From the NCBI GenBank assembly GCA_951406725.2, contig OX597838.1:4402001-4466000 (forward strand): a DNA stretch of 64,000 nt, in the 5' to 3' direction. Shown one piece after another: positions 55,109-64,000 of this stretch; within the stretch, counting starts at the first letter, position 1; each line of letters opens with the position of its first letter. The DNA comes from Octopus vulgaris (Eukaryota). The notes below the pieces were generated by a model. That model made no database searches, was not told the DNA's origin, and saw only the letters and a program-made list of their open reading frames with translations. Both the position numbers and the translations under genes were made by a program.

Positions 55109-56320
55109 GTCTGTCCTTGTTTGTCCTCTCTGTGTTTAGCTCCTTGTAGGTAATAAAGAAATAGGTTTTTCGTCTGCCATTACGTTCTTAGTTCAAATTC
55201 CGCCGAGGTCGACTTTGCCTTTCATCCTTTCGGGGTCGATTAAATAAGTACCAGTTACGCACTGAGGTCGATGTAATCGACTTAATCCGTTTGTCTGTCC
55301 TTGTTTGTCCCCTATATGTTTAGCCCCTTGTGGGCAATAAAGAAATAAGAATAGATCCTTTCCTCAAAGTAAAACACGGAAAAGATGCAAGACCCGATGA
55401 TCCAAACGAATAACGTGAGGAATGATTTACAATATCGATCCCCAGTTTTGTTTTGGCACTATTGACCGGTTCCATGCCAGACAATATTAAACTCACAATA
55501 GGGGCTGCAAGATCTTAACCACTCGATCAAGATCCCTTACAACCGTCACAACAGAACTACTGAAATTGGAGGAGGATCTTAGTTTAAGGATAATCAACAA
55601 ATTCTGATCTGCAATTCGATTAAGGAAACAAGTTTCAGAATATAAAAGAAAAAAACCCCCCTATGAACTGAAGTAAACTCACAAAACTAAAGAATTATAG
55701 TAATTTTAGGGTCAAAACAACCCCCAAATTGACTCCCAAATTGATGTTTGTGATAAAAGGTGGGTTTAGCGTAGTAACTACGAAATTTTTCACAAACTAG
55801 AACTCCCTTTTACTTGAACGAATTTCTTCCATAGATCATAAGCTTTTGAAAGGTCTGTTCATTCCACCCGCTTTTCTTAACTAACAACAAACTTATTTTC
55901 CCACTTTCACCTCGATTTTCCACACACCATATTTATAGGAGACCCTGAAGCCAGTTATGAAGTCTGCCAAGTCGAAAACAGCAACCGATTCTTACAAATA
56001 TTCCACGGATCTACAACTTTGATGAACACGTCTGCCAGATTTCCTTCCAGACGACTCACATACAAGATGGCGAGACACAAAATCTCAAACTGCAGTAAAT
56101 AAGTTTTAAAACTTGACAACTGAAGCTTTGTTTATTTGTCATAAGCATTCAGATAAGACTGTAATTTAAGAAGGTAGCAACAAAGTGGGGTCTGATCAAA
56201 ATAGCCTTAAATTTATCCGTTTACTTTCTTCCCAAAGAAATTTTTTCCTCTATATTCTCATAAACTACTTTGAAAAACAGATATCGTTATATAAATCATT
56301 TCATACAAATATACATAAAT

Positions 56321-56397
<77 letters not shown>

Positions 56398-56621
56398 ATT
56401 AAAACTGTCTCCGTTTTGAAATTTTATTTCGCTTTTATTTTTGTGTTTTATGCCATGGAAATGCAAATTAGCAAGTTTTCTGAGAATTTTCTGTAATTCT
56501 ATGCCCAATAGGACTAAAACAACCTTCAGCCGGAATTTTTAAAAACCATTTGCTATGTGTGTGTGTGTGTGTGCGTACAAGTATACAGAAGTGGGTTTAT
56601 GCATACATATATGTTTACATA

Positions 56622-56677
<56 letters not shown>

Positions 56678-56770
56678 CTATCTCTCTGTCTATCTATCTT
56701 TATATGCATATACATCTACGCGCGTGTAATGTATGTATGTATGTATGTATGTATGTATGTGTGTGTGTGT

Positions 56771-56813
<43 letters not shown>

Positions 56814-56899
56814 CATGTACGATGAGTTTCCGTCTCACAAATCCTCTCACCAAACTTTGGTCGGCTTCGAGGGCCCGAACTGACTTTGGTCGGCTACTC

Positions 56900-57230
56900 A
56901 GAGGGAATGAAACCTTTCGATTATCAAGCAAACATCTTGACCCCAACTCGAGGAAATCTCTCTTTATACTGGTTACCCTCTGACGTCATCATAATGTCTT
57001 TTATAAACCTTATTCTTTTCATAAACCTTGTTCTTATGGTGCCTCTCCCCACCCTCATTGCCCGCCCCACCTTTCCTCCCATCCACCCGGCATCGTCACT
57101 GCTGACGCAGAGGTCGAGGCGTCTGCTTTCATTGAACTTGATACACTCGGATTATTTTCATCCCTCTACCCGTAATACACCCGACTGCCGAACTGACTCA
57201 CCAAATATCCCTGACCTCTATCTCACCGCT
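56900..57230 (+). mobile_element. Non-LTR retrotransposon AP-endonuclease remnant
   Basis: PSTRNTPDCRTDSPNIPDLYLT resembles the APE motif PTRIPDR...NILDLFLT. Confidence 0.55.
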
Positions 57231-57336
57231 CTGAACTTCTTTGTATTCATACAAGTATACACACACACACACACGCACGCATACACACGTACAAACACAC
57301 GCACACATTCATGTACACACACATATATATGTATTT

Positions 57337-57368
<32 letters not shown>

Positions 57369-57440
57369 CGCTTGTATGCGTGTGCTTATATAATACATAT
57401 ATCACATACATAAATATATGTAGGTGTGTGTGTATATACG

Positions 57441-57471
<31 letters not shown>

Positions 57472-57697
57472 ATATGTAGAAAAATACAAACTGGGACAAG
57501 AACGTAAAACATTTAGAAGACGATACAAAAAACACGGACGGGACATTCGAAGCCTTCAATCTTCAGTCAAGAACCGGATCATCTTCGCAATTTCGGCTGA
57601 TTAATCTTATACATTTATATATATATGTATTATTTATATTATTTATATTATATTATTTATATATACTTCGATTCCCTCATTCATTATATATGGCGAA

Positions 57698-57860
<163 letters not shown>

Positions 57861-58344
57861 GTATTATTTATATTATATTACTTATATATACGTCGATTCC
57901 CTCATTCATTATATATGGCGGACCTATATATATATATATATATATATACGACGGGCTTCTTTTAGTTTCCGTCTACCAAATCCACTCACAATGCTTTGGT
58001 CAGCTCGAGGCTGACCAAAGTACCGCGCAGTGAGACTGAACCTGGAACCATGAGGTAGGGAAGCAAGCTTCTTGTTTTCTTTACTACCCACAAAGGGCTA
58101 AACACAGAGGGGACAAACAAGGACAGACAAAGGGATTAAGTCGATTACATCGACCCCAGTGCGTAACTGGTAGTTAATTTATCGACCCCGAAAGGATTAA
58201 AGGCAAAGTCGACCTCGGCGGAATTTGAACTCAGAACGTAGCGGCAGACGAAATACCGCTGAGCATTTCGCCCGGCGTGCTAACCACTCTGCCAGCTCGC
58301 CGCCCTTCTTACCATTCCATTTGTATTCTCTATTTGTTTCGCAG

Positions 58345-58625
58345 ATTATCAAAACCTTCATCACGATGACTGCGCGTCCTTCGATTTCACTTGCACGGGT
58401 AACAATGATTTTGCAAAACCCCCTCCACTGTGTATGTTTTGTGATGCTGTCTTTCCCGGCGCAAATCTGAGGCCATCGAAGTTGCGTGGCCGCATGACTA
58501 AACTCGAAAAACAAGCAATGGTGGCGCTGCTGGTGTCGCAGAAGATCTTGCTGAATCACTGAAAATTTAGAGTTCTTTTTCGAGTGTTGTGAAGTCCTTC
58601 TGAGTTTCCGTTGACAAACCCATAA
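58345..58625 (+). mobile_element. hAT-Charlie transposase N-terminal (BED finger) remnant
   Basis: FDFTCTGNNDFAKPPPLCMFCDAVFPGANLRPSKLR matches the FGFT...PxCxxC...KPSKL pattern of Charlie/ZBED5-type transposases. Confidence 0.7.
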
Positions 58626-58682
58626 AATCTAATTTTATCCGTTGGAGCAAATATGTTGTTCCTAAACATAGTCAATAGGAAA

Positions 58683-58725
<43 letters not shown>

Positions 58726-58824
58726 AAGAGAAAGAGAGAGAGAGAGAGAGAGAAAAGTCGTTCTCTGATATCCTCCAGTGAACAGTCACGCTGTTTCATT
58801 CTAATGTGTGGAAAAGTGCTTACT

Positions 58825-58901
<77 letters not shown>

Positions 58902-59261
58902 ACACATGTATGTATATATACATATATGTATGTATGCATATTTTTTTTTTCTTGTTTCAGCTCAGGCCATGCTGATGCACCGCCGTTTGCCTCGTGGAGC
59001 TTTTTTTTAGGTGTTTTTCGCTCGATAAACACTCACAGCGCCCGGTCTGGGAATCGAAACCGCGATCCTACAACCGCCAGTCCGCTGCTCTGACCACTGG
59101 GCCACTGCGCCTCCACATATATTTATATATGTATATGTGTATGTATCTATATATGTATGTATACATGTATATATATGTATATGTTTATGTGTGTTGGGGA
59201 AACAAGCTTCTTACCACTCAGCCATATAATATATATACATATACACATATATATATATATA

Positions 59262-59297
<36 letters not shown>

Positions 59298-59373
59298 CAT
59301 ATATAAATACATAAATATATATATATACACACACATATATATACATACATACATACATACATACATACATACA

Positions 59374-59437
<64 letters not shown>

Positions 59438-61817
59438 CATAGAGGGAAAGTTTACGAAAATAAACAAAAGACGAACGCAGGTGGAGTACAAACAAACAAA
59501 TGTATTGGTATAGCGCTCAGGAATAGAAAAAGTCTTTTATGTTTCGAGCCTACGCTCTTCGACAGAAAGATACACAGAAAAAAAAAACAAGGAGAGAAAC
59601 AAGGAGAGAAAAAAATGCGTGTAGGAGCTAACGGTCTATCATGGCGTCCTGACTTCGGACAGAGAGAGAGAGAGAGAGAGAGTGCGCGGTGGGGAGCGGA
59701 TTTGGCTGTGGTTTTCAAACCGTCCGAATGGCTATACAGAACCCCTTTCGATGGTTCATGAGTCGGAAACTGAACAAGATAAGGTTAAATAAAACTTAGG
59801 AGGAAGGAAGACGTGTCGTTGTTAAACACGATTCATTAATAATAAATAAATAAGATTAAATAAAAATTATGACCATTTCCGACTATTTCCGACCATTTCC
59901 GACCTTGAACAAGAATATACTTCCGTTCCCAAAGCAATCAATGCCAAAAAACGGAACGAAGTTTCTTAATAAGGTCTGAGAATAAAAGAAGAATTCATAA
60001 GAAAACAAAAACATACAAACACACAAACAACAAACTGAGAAACAAAGCCTCATTTATTTCCTTGTTACCAAGTTCCACGTGACTCCAAGTGCGCATGAGT
60101 CAAAGATTTATCAGTGATACTCCTTTGGTCGTCGTTCTGTCGCACTTTTGGTTTGTTGTCAGCAAAATAAACAATCAACAATTGTGACTTTGGCTTATCT
60201 TGTTGTGGTTCCGAGTACAGTTGCTCCAACACGGCAAAGGGAGGCCTTCACCACTATTTTTCCATCTTCGCCCGGGTTTTTCTTTTGTTTTTTTTTTCTC
60301 TAAAAATGATAAGTCACACCAAAGCTTATGGAGAGTATCCACAAATGTATCAAACTCGTTCAATCATTATTCATATAGTTGTCTAAAACTGTATAACTTC
60401 GAAAAGTATGCACTCGTATAATTGTGAATAGAATGAACAGATTAATCGAAGTGTACAAGGCTCATCCGTGAGGCAGAGGCAGGGTGTGAATGTAGACTCT
60501 ATTAGAGCATTACAGAGGCAACATCCTATGTCCCCTTAACAGCCATTGTATCACGGAGGCAGCCGTATATGAGGCAGAAACGTTAGCACGTCGGGAGAAA
60601 TGCTTAGCGGTATTTCGTCTGCCGCTACGTTCTGAGTTCAAATTCCGCCGAGGTCGACTTTGCCTTTCATCCTTTCGGGGGTCGATAAATTAAGTACCAG
60701 TTACGCACTGGGGTCGATGGAATCGACTTAATACCTATGTCTGTCCTTGTTTGTCCCATCTATGTTTAGCCCCTTGTGGGTAATAAAGAAATAGGTACTT
60801 ACTTAATCGACTCCGAAGGGATGAAAGGCAAATTCGTCCTCGGTGGAATTTGAACTCAGAATCTAACGGCAGACGAAATACGGCTACGCATTTCGCCCGG
60901 CGTGCTAACGTCTCTGCCAGCTCGTAGCATCAAAGTGCCCCAATGGGTTGCCTAAAGTGCGGTCGTGGGATCGATCGGTCTTTCTGGATCAGATTCAATA
61001 ACAGTAAGCCTGCCTTCCATATCCAGGAGAGACGAAGTGTCAGAGACATGCCTATGTCGTTAATAAAAAGGGCCACGGGGTATAAGCTCACTGGGAAAAT
61101 CTGAGACACAGGCAAACCTTATTTTAACAGCAGCAGAAAATGCAGATTATGCTAAGCCGAGTAAAAATCATAATAAAAATTCTCACCACCCTGGCATCTA
61201 CGTAAACTGCAGAAATGAGATTTTCAGCCCTTACCCACATGAGAGAGAGTATATATTATCTCACCTACGAGCATCACCATAAGTATAATCAGTAGGTTCT
61301 CCACCACCACATCCTGAGAACCCAGCAAAGAGTTTAGACAAAACACGTACAAATGAACACACGCATATGTTTCCAAACATAGGTTTGAATGTACAGGCAT
61401 CCACCCAGCACAACAATCGCCCAAAGACCTACACATGTAAAACCCCTACGCATATGCCAAACCTACACAAATACCAACCCCTAACGCTCCTGAATATATT
61501 TTCACTAAATTCTTGTCGCCTTACAGCATCCCAAACACTCTGAGACCAAGGAACATAACCTTGATAAATCTCTTTCGTGAGTTTCGCCTCCTGCGATTTC
61601 GTTTTTTTTATTTCCTCAGCACCCATAAACTGGATGGGACATTTTTTCACATTTAATAACAGAGAGCAGCGGCCATAATTTTTTCATACCGTCCATCACC
61701 GAAAAGCACTTGGTGTTACTCAACTGACTTTATCTAAAGTCCAGTTATTTTATACCCAAAGCGAGATGGATTGATAAGATCGGCTGAATTAGATCTATAA
61801 TACTGCGTACTTATATA

Positions 61818-61872
<55 letters not shown>

Positions 61873-61892
61873 GCATACATATATATTTGTAT

Positions 61893-61971
<79 letters not shown>

Positions 61972-62009
61972 TCTTTCTGTAGAAGAGCGTAGGCTCGAAA
62001 CGTAAAAGA
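61972..62009 (+). ncRNA. Variant ultra-minimal hammerhead-like motif (copy 3 of 3)
   Basis: TCTTT-CTGTAGAA-GAGC-gtag-GCTC-GAAACGTA-AAAGA; homologous copies on the minus strand at 50792-50829 and 59533-59570. Confidence 0.5.
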
Positions 62010-62224
62010 CTTTTTCTGTTCCTGAGCGTTATACTAATACATCTGTTTGTTTTGTACACCACCTGTCTTCGTACATCACCGCGAAAACTGCGGTTGAAGT
62101 CCCAACCTTCCGATTACTTTGAAAAGGCTTAGAAAAACTGACGACCGCTGCAACAAGAGCGTGAATCTGGGAGGAGAACATCTGCAATAAAATCATAAAT
62201 AACTAATCTTCCTGCACTCCCTCG

Positions 62225-64000
62225 TATGTATGTATGTATGTATGTATGTATGTATGTATGTATGTATGTATGTATGTATGTATGTATGTATGTATGTATG
62301 AATGTATGTATGAATGTGTATGTATGTATGTATGTATGTATGTATGTATGTATGTATGTATGTATGTATGTATGTATGTATGTATGTATGTATGTATGTA
62401 TGTATGTATGTATGTATGTATGTATGTATGTATGTATGTATGTATGTATGTATGTATGTATGTATGTATGTATGTATGTATGTATGTATGTATGTATGTA
62501 TGTATGTATGTATGTATGTATGTATGTATGTATGTATGTATGTATGTATGTATGTATGTATGTATGTATGTATGTATGTATGTATGTATGTATGTATGTA
62601 TGTATGTATGTATGTATGTATGTATGTATGTATGTATGTATGTATGTATGTATGTATGTATGTATGTATGTATGTATGTATGTATGTATGTATGTATGTA
62701 TGTATGTATGTATGTATGTATGTATGTATGTATGTATGTATGTATGTATGTATGTATGTATGTATGTATGTATGTATGTATGTATGTATGTATGTATGTA
62801 TGTATGTACTTATGTATGTATGTATGTATGTATGTATGTATGTATGTATGTATGTATGTATGTATGTATGTATGTATGTATGTATGTATGTATGTATGTA
62901 TGTATGTATGTATGTATGTATGTATGTATGTATGTATGTATGTATGTATGTATGTATGTATGTATGTATGTATGTATGTATGTATGTATGTATGTATGTA
63001 TGTATGTATGTATGTATGTATGTATGTATGTATGTATGTATGTATGTATGTACTTATGTATGTATGTATGTATGTATGTATGTATGTATGTATGTATGTA
63101 TGTATGTATGTATGTATGTATGTATGTATGTATGTATGTATGTATGTATGTATGTATGTATGTATGTATGTATGTATGTATGTATGTATGTATGTATGTA
63201 TGTATGTATGTATGTATGTATGTATGTATGTATGTATGTATGTATGTATGTATGTATGTATGTATGTATGTATGTATGTATGTATGTATGTATGTATGTA
63301 TGTATGTATGTATGTATGTATGTATGTATGTATGTATGTATGTATGTATGTATGTATGTATGTATGTATGTATGTATGTATGTATGTATGTATGTATGTA
63401 TGTATGTATGTATGTATGTATGTATGTATGTATGTATGTATGTATGTATGTATGTATGTATGCATGTATGTACATGTATGTATGTATGTATGTATGTATG
63501 TATGTATGTATGTATGTATGTATGTATGTATGTATGTATGTATGTATGTATGTATGTATGTATGTATGTATGTATGTATTATGTATGTATGTATGTATGT
63601 ATGTATGTATGTATGTATGTATGTATGTATGTATGTATGTATGTATGTATGTATGTATGTATGTATGTATGTATGTATGTATGTATGTATGTATGTATGT
63701 ATGTATGTATGTATGTATGTATGTATGTATGTATGTATGTATGTATGTATGTATGTATGTATGTATGTATGTATGTATGTATGTATGTATGTATGTATGT
63801 ATGTATGTATGTATGTATGTATGTATGTATGTATGTATGTATGTATGTATGTATGTATGTATGTATGTATGTATGTATGTATGTATGTATGTATGTATGT
63901 ATGTATGTATGTATGTATGTATGTATGTATGTATGTATGTATGTATGTATGTATGTATGTATGTATGTATGTATGTATGTATGTATGTATGTATGTATGT
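62225..64000. repeat. (TATG)n tandem tract over 1.7 kb, running off the window
   Basis: Near-perfect tetranucleotide array with only a handful of interruptions. Confidence 0.98.

Noticed and set aside
62203-63475. 420 aa and 221 aa (HTYI)n ORFs, and the many YI/CV/SL/poly-I/poly-M ORFs in the track
   Set aside because: These are translations of microsatellites that happen to lack stop codons.

Overview
AT-rich, microsatellite- and transposon-saturated animal genomic DNA, most likely an octopod cephalopod (inferred from the tRNA-derived SINE families, which resemble the octopus OK/OR-type SINEs). Almost all ORFs in the supplied track are microsatellite artefacts. One gene can be rebuilt by hand on the minus strand: 9 coding exons (17789->4414), all GT-AG and phase-compatible, 1890 nt, 629 aa. 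It encodes a type I membrane protein with a signal peptide, a single EMI domain (GPLRNVC...CCKGF...C), a Ser/Thr stalk, one TM helix and a long tyrosine-motif-rich tail. It looks like a Draper/CED-1/MEGF10/Nimrod-type receptor with no EGF repeats. Several minimal type I hammerhead ribozyme motifs with palindromic stem III sit in (TA)n-embedded, probably Penelope-derived fragments. Two have intact cores (3241-3329 +, and 15723-15804 -, the latter sense within an intron), and three copies carry a variant CUGUNGAA core. Other contents: fragments of CR1, RTE, CRE and R4/Dong non-LTR elements, mariner/hAT MITEs, a Helentron-like element, inverted and direct duplications, a unit+(TA)n composite array, an ETS/NRF1/RFX promoter-like motif cluster at the left edge, a consensus CTCF site, and a (TATG)n tract over 1.7 kb running off the right edge. 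All calls come from manual reading; no searches were run.
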